From a virus, in IMG/VR virus record IMGVR_UViG_3300020057_000496, positions 32,001 through 96,000 of that record: a stretch of DNA of 64,000 nucleotides. One strand, 5' to 3'. A model generated the notes under the pieces. The model made no database searches. It saw only the letters and a program-made list of their open reading frames with translations, and was not told the DNA's origin. The translations under genes and the position numbers were made by a program. Of the stretch, positions 29,010 to 38,567 are shown in pieces. Positions within the stretch are counted from its first letter, which is position 1, and every line of letters begins with the position of its first letter.

Positions 29010-29284
29010 AGTGAGCCTAATCCCTGCCCCTGTGGTACTTGTTGTCGTCCGAGGATAACTTGCCACACATGGCGATTGGCGATCGTATAAGTAAATCCTT
29101 CATTTCGGGACCCTCGACAGTATTCGTCCTGGTAGGGGCGTGGCGTGAAGTAGTTAGCGTGAGTGACGACGGCCTTCGGGTCGCGATCCAGAATTTCCTG
29201 AGCGACGGGTGCCCATTTATCCAGAATCTCCTGCGGCCACCCACCGGGGATGTTCTCCCCGTTGAGTTGTTCGATTATGGTCAT
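29006..29284 (-). CDS. hypothetical protein
   Basis: 92 aa, coupled to downstream gene. Confidence 0.5.
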   Translation of the reverse strand: MTIIEQLNGENIPGGWPQEILDKWAPVAQEILDRDPKAVVTHANYFTPRPYQDEYCRGSRNEGFTYTIANRHVWQVILGRQQVPQGQGLGSL

Positions 29285-29346
29285 TTACTTACTCTCGGAG
29301 TAGGTGTTTTCATTGCGAAAGCCTTTCTGCGTTGTCCTGTCGCCTT

Positions 29347-29625
29347 CTAGTTACAGGGGACTAGCTCGTAATCGTGTACCCAGCTATAGCCGTACGGTCG
29401 GCCAGCGGCAAATTCCCGCTGGACAAGAAACTTCGTGGCGGGGCCCTCCGGCGTTCCGGGTATAACGTCAATTACGTATCCGGACAGGCTAACCTCGTCG
29501 TCGAGGTCGACTAGCGCGGTTCGACCCATTTGCATTTCGCAAAGGTCGTTCCGCGTGTTGCGGTAAAGATATACCGCCGCCTGCACCTTGAGCTTGACTC
29601 GATCACCGAGGCGAACAGTCGTCAT
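29347..29625 (-). CDS. hypothetical protein
   Basis: start MTTVRL with SD aggag. Confidence 0.55.
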   Translation of the reverse strand: MTTVRLGDRVKLKVQAAVYLYRNTRNDLCEMQMGRTALVDLDDEVSLSGYVIDVIPGTPEGPATKFLVQREFAAGRPYGYSWVHDYELVPCN

Positions 29626-30002
29626 TCTCCTATCTCCTTGGCGCTTCTCCCGAGCGCCGGTGTCCGTCACGACCTGCACCCGCAAGCCGCGCGGCGGTCG
29701 CCGCAATCGGAGCAGACGCCACCCGCGTGGCGCGTGGCTACTGCGGGCGGGGCAGGGTACCGCTCGCGATACGCGGCGGTAGCGGCGCAGTCCCGCTCCG
29801 CGCACACCTGGCATGGTGCCCAGTATCCGTCTGCGCCCACGACTCGTGGTGTGCGGCACCGAAGGCAGGCCTCTTCGCTGCTCGTCATTGGTCCTTCCCC
29901 CTGGCACTCTCCAGAGCGCCCATCCTGCGAAAGTGCAGGCGGAAAGGCTCGCCATGGGCGCAAGCCTGACCGTCTAGGCTCTACGCGGGACCGATCGTAT
30001 GG

Positions 30003-30644
30003 TCAAACATCAATTTCGGCGCCCCTGTGGTAGCTCAGGGCAGCCCGTCTCCTGGCCCTGACGGCCAGGCGGAGGTCTTCGGCCTGCTTGGCCCCGTCGT
30101 TGTCACTCCACAAATAGGCGGCGCGAACGACGGCGTAGCTGGCTTCGAGGAGAACGTCGGCTCGTCTCTCTTCCTGCTCTTCCTCCTCGCAGACTGCGCA
30201 CGAGCACCCGGGCTGCGGGGCTGGGTCGTCGCCCACCAGCTCGTTGACCGCTGCGGCGCAAGCGGCGTAAGCCTCATCGCGCGACATATCCCCTAGCCTG
30301 ATTAGGGCTGCTCGATTGAGGGTCGAGTAGTCGTATGTATTGATCTTGCCATCTAGCGCCAGGTCGCAGACCGCGCCCAGGAAGTCGTCCCCGTGCTCGT
30401 ATGACGCATGGCGCAGCGCGCTGATCGTCGCGAAGCTAATATTGTACTTGGTTGTCTCCTCGCAGACCGCGCACGTGGCGTCCTCGCTGTGCGCGTCCAT
30501 GACGTGTGCAGCCGGGCACCAGGCCTTGCCGTAGCAGCACGGGCCGATGCTCGTGCCGTCCTTCAAGCGGGGGATCGGCCAGCCCTGCGCGGCAGCCTCG
30601 GCCGTGATCGCCTCGCCACAGCCGTCGCACTTCTCGATGCTCAT
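30003..30644 (-). CDS. mosaic Cys-rich hypothetical protein
   Basis: 213 aa; contains duplicated module; ends EIDV* like 31490..31903. Confidence 0.65.
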   Translation of the reverse strand: MSIEKCDGCGEAITAEAAAQGWPIPRLKDGTSIGPCCYGKAWCPAAHVMDAHSEDATCAVCEETTKYNISFATISALRHASYEHGDDFLGAVCDLALDGKINTYDYSTLNRAALIRLGDMSRDEAYAACAAAVNELVGDDPAPQPGCSCAVCEEEEQEERRADVLLEASYAVVRAAYLWSDNDGAKQAEDLRLAVRARRRAALSYHRGAEIDV

Positions 30645-30786
30645 GACGTCACCTCTGTTGCTGCGTCAGCTTGATCGTCTTTGCGAATCATGGTCTCTTC
30701 CCCCTGGCACTCGTTCCTGAGCGCCCATCCTGCGAAAGCGCAGGCGGAAAGGCTCGCCATGGGCGCAAGCCTGACCGTCCGGACTC

Positions 30787-31371
30787 TCAGGTACGCATGG
30801 GCATAAGCAGCGCCTTGCGCCCGGTATTAGGGCACGCAAGTTCGATAGGATGATCCCCGACCTCTGCCGCATTGTCACCGCGGAGCGTAAGCGTGATGGC
30901 TACGCCGTGGCCGTTTCGGGCACCGCCCTCGTCTCCCGCCAGTGCCTTGGCTAGCTCCGCGATGTAGCGCGCCGAGAAGCGCACTGTCGCGAAAATCGGG
31001 TGCGCCGTTGCGTCATTCAAGACACTCCGGTAGTCGAAAAACTTGTCGCCATCGGTCTCGCGCTTGAGCACGAGCTTCGTACCATCCGCCGAGCAAATGG
31101 CGACATGCCCATTAGCCAGCGTTTCGGCAAGGTTTATCTCAAGCTTGACCCCCTTGCCTACGCCCTTGGCCACCTGCGCTGCCTCGGTCGCGGAAAAGAG
31201 AATCTCCGCATCCCCCAGCTCGGCCGCGCCATCAAGCGGGATAACAAGCAGTCGGTGCCCATCGGTCGAGACAAGTCCGTCGCGATTCAGGCAGACCCGC
31301 CGATACGTTCCGCGCTTAGGGTCAGTGCTGGCCACGTTCGTTGCTAGGTCATTCTTCGTGATGTTGATCAT
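30787..31371 (-). CDS. DNA polymerase sliding-clamp (beta)-like partial-domain protein
   Basis: LVSTDGHRLL, FFDYRSVL, FSARYI, LLMPMR C-terminus. Confidence 0.6.
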   Translation of the reverse strand: MINITKNDLATNVASTDPKRGTYRRVCLNRDGLVSTDGHRLLVIPLDGAAELGDAEILFSATEAAQVAKGVGKGVKLEINLAETLANGHVAICSADGTKLVLKRETDGDKFFDYRSVLNDATAHPIFATVRFSARYIAELAKALAGDEGGARNGHGVAITLTLRGDNAAEVGDHPIELACPNTGRKALLMPMRT

Positions 31372-31489
31372 GGTCTCTTTCTCCCCTGGCGCTCGTTCCA
31401 GAGCGCCCATCCTGCGAAAGCGCAGGCGGAAAGGCTCGCCATGGGCGCGAACCTGACCGTCTAGGCTCTACGCGGGACCGATCGTATGG

Positions 31490-31903
31490 TCAAACATCAA
31501 TTTCGGTTCTCAGTGCTTCTTGGAAGCACTCGCTAATGTGATCCTTGATCTCGTTCCGGTTTTCTCCGGATATCGAAACATCAATTTCGGCCGCAAGCGA
31601 AGCCTTGACTTTGACCTCGTGAGAGGTCCATCCATCATAGCTCCCATTATCGTCCATGTGATGGAACGACACACGGAAGACCAGAAGTTCCCCGGTGCTG
31701 GCGTCGGGCATAAGGGTGGTTCCGTCGTCGAACCCACCCCCGCTAGGCATGTACTCGCGAGTTAGCGCGCGAGCGGCTATGCCGTGATCAATCGCCCATT
31801 GCGCCGCGAGAACATTGCTAACATCGCGGGCGAGGCGATCCTCGCAGGTACGCCTTGCGTCGCACATACCGGCCAGGACGCGATACAGCTTTGCTTTTCT
31901 CAT
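31490..31903 (-). CDS. hypothetical phage protein
   Basis: MPSGGGFD.G, FHHMD.NG.YDGW. Confidence 0.7.
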   Translation of the reverse strand: MRKAKLYRVLAGMCDARRTCEDRLARDVSNVLAAQWAIDHGIAARALTREYMPSGGGFDDGTTLMPDASTGELLVFRVSFHHMDDNGSYDGWTSHEVKVKASLAAEIDVSISGENRNEIKDHISECFQEALRTEIDV

Positions 31904-32036
31904 GTTATTCTCCGTATGTCGCGACTAGCGCGCGCAGGCGGAAAGGCTCGCCGTGGGCGCAAGCCTGACCGTCCGGACTCTACCTGCCATTCCTTTTGCC
32001 GGCACTAGTGCTCCAATCGAGACCAGCGGGCTCATG

Positions 32037-32242
32037 CCGGATACTCGCGGCGAGAAAAGGCGTCGTATACCGGCAGCACGCTATAGATGTGGCAAGCGCG
32101 CCAGATTGCCTCCTCTTTAGGCAACTGCCCAAAATCTGCCCGGATACTCGCGGCGAGAAAAGGCGTCGTATACCGGCAGCACGCTATAGATGTGGCAAGC
32201 GCGCCAGATTGCCTCCTCTTTAGGCAACTGCCCAAAATCTGC
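32037..32242. repeat. 103 bp exact tandem duplication
   Basis: ccggatactcgcggcgag...cccaaaatctgc twice. Confidence 0.9.
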
Positions 32243-32437
32243 AGTGAGCGATTCCATTGCGACGCGCAACGTCTCTACGAAGCCGAGCAGGTCGCTCGCG
32301 ACCTGCTGCACATCTGCACATCCGCAACAGACTACCCGGTCCCCCGACCAAAATTCTGCCCCTCCATCGCAGCCTGGAGTTTCGCACGAACCCTCGAACT
32401 CGACTGGGTGAGCGTCGTACTCCTCAAACATTCTCAT
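32117..32437 (-). CDS. hypothetical protein, 3' end altered by duplication
   Basis: SD gggagg; 106 aa. Confidence 0.55.
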   Translation of the reverse strand: MRMFEEYDAHPVEFEGSCETPGCDGGAEFWSGDRVVCCGCADVQQVASDLLGFVETLRVAMESLTADFGQLPKEEAIWRACHIYSVLPVYDAFSRREYPGRFWAVA

Positions 32438-32504
32438 GTTCCATCCTCCCCCTTACTTTGACCTAAAAGCATCGTTGGCGCTAGATAGCGCTATCAATGC
32501 GTAC

Positions 32505-33092
32505 ACACTTAGCCGGTCTCACTAGCGGATCGTGCTAACTATTGAACCTTACTACGTTTCTTGTCGAGCCGTCGAGCTATCGCGCTATCGCGTCGATCGG
32601 CGAGCCTTACATACTTAGCCGATCCCGCGAGCAATCGTGCTAAGTACTGAATTTTACTACGTTTCTTGTCGAGCCGTCGAGCCGTCGAGCTATCGCGCTA
32701 TCGCGTCGATCGGCGAGCCTTACATACTTAGCCGATCCCGCGAGCAATCGTGCTAACTATTGAATTTTACTACGTTTCTTGTCGAGCCGTCGAGCTATCG
32801 CGCTATCGCGCTATCGCGTCGATCGGCGAGTCTTACATACTTAGCCGATCCCGCGAGCAATCGTGCTAAGTACTGAATTTTACTACGTTTCTTGTCGAGC
32901 CGTCGGTCGAGCCGTCGGTCGATCCGTCTAACCTTAGTCGTTTGTGCAGGCGAATCGGCGCAAGTATTGAACCTTGCACGACTTTCGATCCGTCGGTCGA
33001 GCCGTCGGTCGTTTCGATCCGTCGGTCGAGCCGTCGGTCGATCCGTCTAACCTTAGTCGTTTGTGCAGGCGAATCGGCGCAAGTATTGAACA
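32505..33092. repeat. complex non-coding tandem repeats (~100-115 bp unit x~4, then ~120 bp unit x2)
   Basis: repeated ttactacgtttcttgtcgagccgtcg, acttagccgatcccgcgagcaatcgtgctaa and gatccgtctaaccttagtcgtttgtgcaggcgaatcggcgcaagtattgaa. Confidence 0.9.
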
Positions 33093-33210
33093 ACACTAAG
33101 GAAATAACACGTTAATTTTAAGCTAAACGCTTGACTTGCCCAGTATGGGGCTGATAGACGTGTTCTCGCCTCGCATGTCGCGGTGCGCGAAACCGAAGGG
33201 GAAGACCATC

Positions 33211-34407
33211 ATGGCAAAATTACTAACGACGCTAGAATCGGACGTGGCCAGAGTGGCGGAGACTGCTGCGGACCTGGCCGGCCGCATGGCGGCCGCCCGA
33301 ACGGCCGGCCAGCAGCGGACAAGACTAGCGCGGAGTGAAACGCGGCAAATTGCCGCGTACAAAGCGGAATCGGCTTATTTGGATACGCTTCGCGCCGATA
33401 CGGCCGAGCGTATCATGCGTGATGCTGCGGCTTACGGCTTGCCACATCCTGACGTCGCATTGGGAGGGCAATGGGAAGCAGCGATGGAGCGCGGGATTTT
33501 CGACCTATCGCGCCCCCGCGCAACGTCAGAGAACGTGCCGTATTCGCGGCTGTATCACGCCGAGTGTGAAGGGTACGTAGCGAACGATTACGGCAGCGTG
33601 TCGGCGGAGCGCGTGCATGCGCTAGCGCATGTCCGCGCGTCCGATTCTGCCCGCCATGTGGCAGGCGTAGCCTATTTGGTGCTGCGCACGGAGCAGGCAT
33701 GCCCTGAAGGCGATCGCCTTCGCGTTGTCTTTGCCGCGCACGTCGACCGCGTCACACTTGAAAGTCTGCTGCTCCAGCTTCGCGAGCACGTTGCCGTCGA
33801 CGGCGCATTGCCAGCTAAAATCAAGGTATTCGATGGGGTGAACCCTAGTGGTCGGGCACTGTGGATCGACTGGAACCGAGCGAAAGAAGAGGCGAGAAGG
33901 GAAGGGATAACGGGTACGCGCGCTGCCATGGTGCGCGCGGAAGCGCTTGTCGCCACGATCGTGGCAGAAATCGACGACGTGCCGCGTCCCCCTAGCGGCC
34001 CAGACGCACTGCGTCTCGACCGCCTGCACGCGCGCCTGCAGTCCACACAGGCGCTGCTTGTGGCCGCGCAGGCTGCTGCGGACGAAGACGTAGCTCCAGA
34101 TCGTAGCGCAGCGCAGGCTGCGCTTGAGCGTTGGACGGACGCTCAAGAGCGAGACAGCCTGCCGACCGAACCCAAGCCGCGCAAGCGGACGCGCAAAATC
34201 AAGACGTGCGCGGCGCTTCGTTCCAGTGATCCTGCGAGCAGCTATGAGACGCTACGCGCCCACCAGGCGCTTGTGGCCTCGCTCGCGCCGATGCCAGTAC
34301 GCGCAGTGTCACGACCTGCACGTCCCCCGGTTTCGACTGGGGTGCACGATCGCGCAGGGAGACCCGTGCCTGCTTGGGTACTGGCGGATCGTTCAAAATC
34401 AATGTAA
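33211..34407 (+). CDS. Ala/Arg-rich hypothetical protein
   Basis: ~398 aa from ATG 33211; the only long + strand ORF in the repeat region. Confidence 0.6.
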   Translation: MAKLLTTLESDVARVAETAADLAGRMAAARTAGQQRTRLARSETRQIAAYKAESAYLDTLRADTAERIMRDAAAYGLPHPDVALGGQWEAAMERGIFDLSRPRATSENVPYSRLYHAECEGYVANDYGSVSAERVHALAHVRASDSARHVAGVAYLVLRTEQACPEGDRLRVVFAAHVDRVTLESLLLQLREHVAVDGALPAKIKVFDGVNPSGRALWIDWNRAKEEARREGITGTRAAMVRAEALVATIVAEIDDVPRPPSGPDALRLDRLHARLQSTQALLVAAQAAADEDVAPDRSAAQAALERWTDAQERDSLPTEPKPRKRTRKIKTCAALRSSDPASSYETLRAHQALVASLAPMPVRAVSRPARPPVSTGVHDRAGRPVPAWVLADRSKSM

Positions 34408-34943
34408 CAGTACGCACGCTTCGCAAGACTGGCGATGGTCGCTCGACCATCGCCAGTCTTGCGTTCAAAGCTTGACTTCGATTTTCCGCAAGCTAGAGTG
34501 AGACCTATGGGAATCCTTGAGCTTGCGTTGACTGCATTTGGTTTCGCTTTCGCTTTCGCCTCGATCTGTTTCTTGAGCCTGCAGGAATAAGTGAGCCTGC
34601 AGGAATAAGACGCTTCGCTTAAATGGGCGATGGTTCCTCGACCATCGCCCATTTTCTTGCGATCCTGCCCACAGTAGAACGTTGTTCTAGAATCCAGAAT
34701 CAAACGACGTTTGCGGAAATGCCCCAAACGGCGTAGCTGCGTTTGTTTGAGCTAGGTAAGGGTAGGCTATCACCTGCCCTTGCCGTGCTCGCCAGCAAGC
34801 TCCTAGCGCTATCTAGGGCATGGCGAAAGAAAAGCGTAACCACAACCTGTGGTGTAGGTAGGCGCTTGCTACCGCTACTAATGGTGGTCGCCATATAAGC
34901 AAAGGTCGTTGCATAAGTCGCGCAGCATAAGCTAGGCTTCTCA

Positions 34944-35033
34944 AAAGCTGAAAGCTCGAAAGCTGAAAGCTCGAAAGCTGAAAGCTCGAAAGCTGAAAGC
35001 TCGAAAGCTGAAAGCTCGAAAGCTGAAAGCTCG
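34944..35033. repeat. 15 bp tandem repeat x6
   Basis: (aaagctgaaagctcg)6. Confidence 0.95.
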
Positions 35034-35110
35034 GGACTTGGCTTGTTCGCTCGCTGAATTCTTTGCTTGTCTCTTGCCTGCTCATCTCGCTCTGTCAAGT
35101 AAGAATTCAA

Positions 35111-35230
35111 ATGACGTCAGTATAAAAATACGAATTGACGTCAGTATAAAAATACGAATTGACGTCAACTAAGAATACGAATTGACGTCAACTAAGAATA
35201 CGATGTCGAAGTACGACATCTTACGTCAAC
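35111..35230. repeat. 23-24 bp tandem repeats with TGACGTCA palindromes, ending in the GATGTCG-AAGTA-CGACATC hairpin
   Basis: TGACGTCA at 35112, 35136, 35160 and 35183; perfect inverted repeat 35202-35220. Confidence 0.9.
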
Positions 35231-36015
35231 TACAAAAAGAAGTGCCGTCAAGCACAAAGTTGGTTCCTTCGCTCGCTCAATTCTTTGCTTGTCTCCTGCC
35301 TGCTTCGCTCGCTCTGTTTTTTTTGATTGACAAGTGCCGTTCGGCCATATCTGTGCTTGACACCAACTTTTTACTTGACATGACTCTAGAATGAGCGAAT
35401 GAGCGGCGTTCGGCCATAACTGTGCTTGAACTTGTTGCTTGACACAAACTTTATTCTTGACATCTGTCAACATAACAATTTGCACTGTGAGTGTCAATAC
35501 AAAAGATGGGACCCTATGCCGGTCCAATTTTCTGTTTGACAGGGTGGGGGGGTAGTGCTAGTGATAGTCGTGAAGATGATTCAAAATGACACGTAACCCT
35601 ATGCGGGTGGTTAGAAGTATTTCCGGGTAAGGTTATGTGGTTTATATATGTATATTTGCGTACTAAAAGACGCCAAAGTTCCAAAACAGAGCGAATAAGG
35701 GAAGGTAAGAGAGAAGAATGAATTGAATTGAGCGAATGAACCAAGTTCGAGCTTAATGAGGGGGCCTAGGTAGTCCGGGCGCCACGTCGGTGTCTCAATT
35801 TGAGTGATAATGGGTTACACTTCGACCCTGGCGGCTGCATCCGCATGCCAGGTGACGTAGACAGGGTGGTCTGAGCGTCGGAGGGGTTCTTGTTTGGGGA
35901 GGTTGTCCTTAACGCGTAACCGGCAGTGGGTGGTATTAAGTAGACATACGCGTTAAGTTTTCGCTTGATGTTAGACAAGGAATAGGTAGCTTTTTATTTA
36001 AGTTACGTAGTTAGA

Positions 36016-36062
36016 CCACAACATGTAGTGGTCGAAGGTAGTGGAACCACAATATGTAGTGG
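36016..36062. promoter_or_regulatory. tandem NrdR boxes
   Basis: CCACAACATGTAGTGG (36016) and CCACAATATGTAGTGG (36047), 31 bp apart; match acaCwAtATaTwGtg. Confidence 0.75.
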
Positions 36063-36117
36063 TTTTAGGGCAAGAAGACAGCGTGAAAAGGATTAATCGA
36101 TAACGACACTTCGGCGG

Positions 36118-36321
36118 TTAGAAGTATTTCCAGGTAAGGTTATGCGGTTTTCGTGTACGTTCTGGTTGCCAGCCCCAAGCTGCGCTCAGGTAATGACCGT
36201 GGGCTGTACAGTTCGGAAAGTCCACACACAGATAGACAGGCAAGACGGGCTCGCGAATGATGCAACTAAATCCAGAGACCAGGTACTTACCGAAGTAGCC
36301 GGTACGAATTGTATATAACAA
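36118..36321 (-). CDS. array micro-ORF (MLYTIRTGY; Cys/His type)
   Basis: TTG start at 36321. Confidence 0.75.
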   Translation of the reverse strand: MLYTIRTGYFGKYLVSGFSCIIREPVLPVYLCVDFPNCTAHGHYLSAAWGWQPERTRKPHNLTWKYF

Positions 36322-36349
36322 GAGGTCCCCTTTTAGATACTGAACGGCG

Positions 36350-36523
36350 TTACTCCCCGGTACTAACCTGCACTGTATGCCAGGATTTACCATCTTTACT
36401 TTTCAGTAAGTAAACTTTATACTCCCTTGAGTAAGAGGCGTGTTCCTCTCCGCTAGCGTCGAAGCAGGCATCGTCAAGGACATCCCCGTACCGCCAGTAG
36501 TCTGTTTTAATGTGATACAACAT
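36350..36523 (-). CDS. array micro-ORF (MLYHIKTDY; DAxFD type)
   Basis: ATG 36523 after hairpin motif. Confidence 0.8.
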   Translation of the reverse strand: MLYHIKTDYWRYGDVLDDACFDASGEEHASYSREYKVYLLKSKDGKSWHTVQVSTGE

Positions 36524-36557
36524 AAGATGTTGATACCTCGACATCGAGACTAGTATA

Positions 36558-36731
36558 TTACCTTAATTGAGTCCAGCGCAGACTGCCGCCCAGCATCACT
36601 AGAATGATATAGTGTTTAGTCCTTTTATTGTGGGCCACATGTTCAATTTCGTATTCGTCGAAAAAAGCATCCATAAACACACCTCCGCCCCATGCCGGCC
36701 GGAAGTAATCTGTTCGAATGTGATATAGCAT
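36558..36731 (-). CDS. array micro-ORF (MLYHIRTDYF..MDAFFDE..WTQLR), not in ORF track
   Basis: 57 aa, translated by hand. Confidence 0.8.
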   Translation of the reverse strand: MLYHIRTDYFRPAWGGGVFMDAFFDEYEIEHVAHNKRTKHYIILVMLGGSLRWTQLR

Positions 36732-36860
36732 ACGTACGCGAAGGGGACGGAAGCATTACGTACGCGAAGGGGACGGAAGCATTACGTACGCGAAGGGGAC
36801 GGAAGCATTACGTACGCGAAGGGGACGGAAGCATTACGTACGCGAAGGGGACGGAAGCAT
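36731..36860. repeat. 26 bp tandem repeat x5
   Basis: (tacgtacgcgaaggggacggaagcat)5. Confidence 0.95.
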
Positions 36861-37054
36861 TACGCCATAACTCGACTTACCACCTTACCTGTCGCGCCAC
36901 TCCAAATATAGACCTTATTTGGGTTTTTAATATAAAAGTAAACATAGCTCCCCGACTGAAACTGTACATCGAAACCGGGTTCTTCTCGCTCGGTCTGGAT
37001 ATTTTCATAGTCATTAAACCTTTCCCAGTAACTTGTATTTAAAGTATACAGCAA
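36860..37054 (-). CDS. array micro-ORF (MLYTLNTSYWERF type)
   Basis: 64 aa. Confidence 0.8.
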   Translation of the reverse strand: MLYTLNTSYWERFNDYENIQTEREEPGFDVQFQSGSYVYFYIKNPNKVYIWSGATGKVVSRVMA

Positions 37055-37159
37055 AATGTCACCCGACTGAGAGGTGTCGATACTTCGACATCCAGGGCCA
37101 CGCGGACACGCCCGGCAGCGCTAAGATGAGGTGTCGTACTTCGATATCGGATTAGTATA

Positions 37160-37336
37160 TTACCTTAATTTGACCCAATTTAAGTCCCCGCACAGCATAA
37201 CGAGGACGATATGGTGTTTAGTTATCTTATTATAGGCAACATGTTCAAGTCCGTGTTCGTCGAGAAACGCGTCCAGGAACATGCCTCCGCCGCCAGCCCC
37301 TGGCCGGAAGTAGTCTGTTCGAATATAATAAAGCAC
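37160..37336 (-). CDS. array micro-ORF (MLYYIRTDY; LDAF type)
   Basis: GTG start 37336. Confidence 0.8.
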   Translation of the reverse strand: MLYYIRTDYFRPGAGGGGMFLDAFLDEHGLEHVAYNKITKHHIVLVMLCGDLNWVKLR

Positions 37337-37411
37337 GAGGTGTCCTAAGATGCCGTATATGGCATCTTGAGATGTCGCATACAACATCATATTGGTATTT
37401 TAAATGATCAA

Positions 37412-37627
37412 CTAACGGAAGTTAATAACACTATATTCTCTATTACTCCCAGCTTTTTTACGATGCCAAGACCAAGCCGGAAACTTATTATGGGCCGGAG
37501 TGCCTTCACAGAACGGCTCGACGCACGTCAGAATAGTGCCGGGTTCTTGATCAAAGAATACAATCCGCAGGCACGGAACGAAGCTCCGTGGCTGCGTCCA
37601 GTAGTCTGTTCGAATATGATACAACAC
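37412..37627 (-). CDS. array micro-ORF (MLYHIRTDYW; Cys/His type)
   Basis: 71 aa. Confidence 0.8.
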   Translation of the reverse strand: MLYHIRTDYWTQPRSFVPCLRIVFFDQEPGTILTCVEPFCEGTPAHNKFPAWSWHRKKAGSNREYSVINFR

Positions 37628-37813
37628 TTACCGTCTCAACCGAGTCGGTCCATTATGGACGCGAAGCGGACAGAAAGCATTGAGCCACATAAAGACCTTG
37701 TCTGGGTCGCTAACGTAGAAGAAAGCGTACTGAGCGGCGAACTGCACCTCAAAGCCGTCCAGTTCACCGCTCCGAAACCTTTCCCAGTAACTAGTCTTTA
37801 AAGTATACAGCAC
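37628..37813 (-). CDS. array micro-ORF (MLYTLKTSYWERF type)
   Basis: GTG start 37813. Confidence 0.8.
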   Translation of the reverse strand: MLYTLKTSYWERFRSGELDGFEVQFAAQYAFFYVSDPDKVFMWLNAFCPLRVHNGPTRLRR

Positions 37814-37848
37814 GTTACGTGAGATGTCGATACTTCGGCATCGAGGTC

Positions 37849-38031
37849 CTATTTTACCCGAACCCATTGTAGACTCCCTCTCAGTATAACAAGGACGATA
37901 CAGTGCCCAGTCTTTTGATGATAGGTCACATGTGCAAGTCCGCCCTCGTCGAAAAATGTAAGATTAATACGATTAATGTCAGTCTGGTGTGGATAAACGT
38001 CCCAGTAGTCTGTTCGAATATGATATAGCAT
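37849..38031 (-). CDS. array micro-ORF (chimera, LDAF-type C-terminus)
   Basis: first 24 codons identical to next ORF apart from the start codon. Confidence 0.8.
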   Translation of the reverse strand: MLYHIRTDYWDVYPHQTDINRINLTFFDEGGLAHVTYHQKTGHCIVLVILRGSLQWVRVK

Positions 38032-38073
38032 CACATACACTTAGTGGACGGAAGAATTACTTAAGTGATGAAA

Positions 38074-38289
38074 TTAGCGGAAACATACCTCTCGCCAACT
38101 ACGCCAGGCCCAGACTGGGTACTCATTATGAATCGAGATCCTCGCACAAGGCAAGTTGGAGCACATCCCGACACAGTGTCCGTCGGCGTCCTCCATGAAC
38201 GCGAAACGCGCGCACTTAAGATTAATACGATTAATGTCAGTCTGGTGTGGATAAACGTCCCAGTAGTCTGTTCGAATATGATATAGCAC
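38074..38289 (-). CDS. array micro-ORF (Cys/His type)
   Basis: 71 aa. Confidence 0.8.
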   Translation of the reverse strand: MLYHIRTDYWDVYPHQTDINRINLKCARFAFMEDADGHCVGMCSNLPCARISIHNEYPVWAWRSWREVCFR

Positions 38290-38333
38290 GAGATGAGATG
38301 CCTTTCTCTAATCTTGCTTGATACCGAAGGGGT

Positions 38334-38522
38334 CTACCTAACCCGAAGCCAGTCTCTCTGGGTCCAGGAGTACCACATGGAACTACCTTTTAGTATCTTA
38401 TCTCTTAAACTATCGACATTCATAAGGAAGTCCGGGGTCCCTAAGTAGTCCGAGAACGCCTGAAGCTCAGCACCGAAGTTCGAAGCCGGAACTAAATAGT
38501 CTGTTCGAATGTGATATAGCAA
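38334..38522 (-). CDS. array micro-ORF (ELQAF..GTPDF..MWYSW type)
   Basis: 62 aa. Confidence 0.8.
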   Translation of the reverse strand: MLYHIRTDYLVPASNFGAELQAFSDYLGTPDFLMNVDSLRDKILKGSSMWYSWTQRDWLRVR

Positions 38523-38567
38523 GGTGTCGTCCTCGGATACCGAGAGATGTCGTACTTCGACTTCGTG

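Larger units (their letters stand above)
29914..31981 (-). repeat. four copies of a ~60 bp GC-rich structured intergenic leader (29914-29974, 30719-30779, 31401-31461, 31932-31981)
   Basis: gcgcccatcctgcgaaagcgcaggcggaaaggctcgccatgggcgcaagcctgaccgtc. Confidence 0.9.

Noticed and set aside
34700-35110. ORFs with ELSAF/SSFQL repeats
   Set aside because: Translation of the 15 bp DNA tandem repeat; no SD or coding evidence
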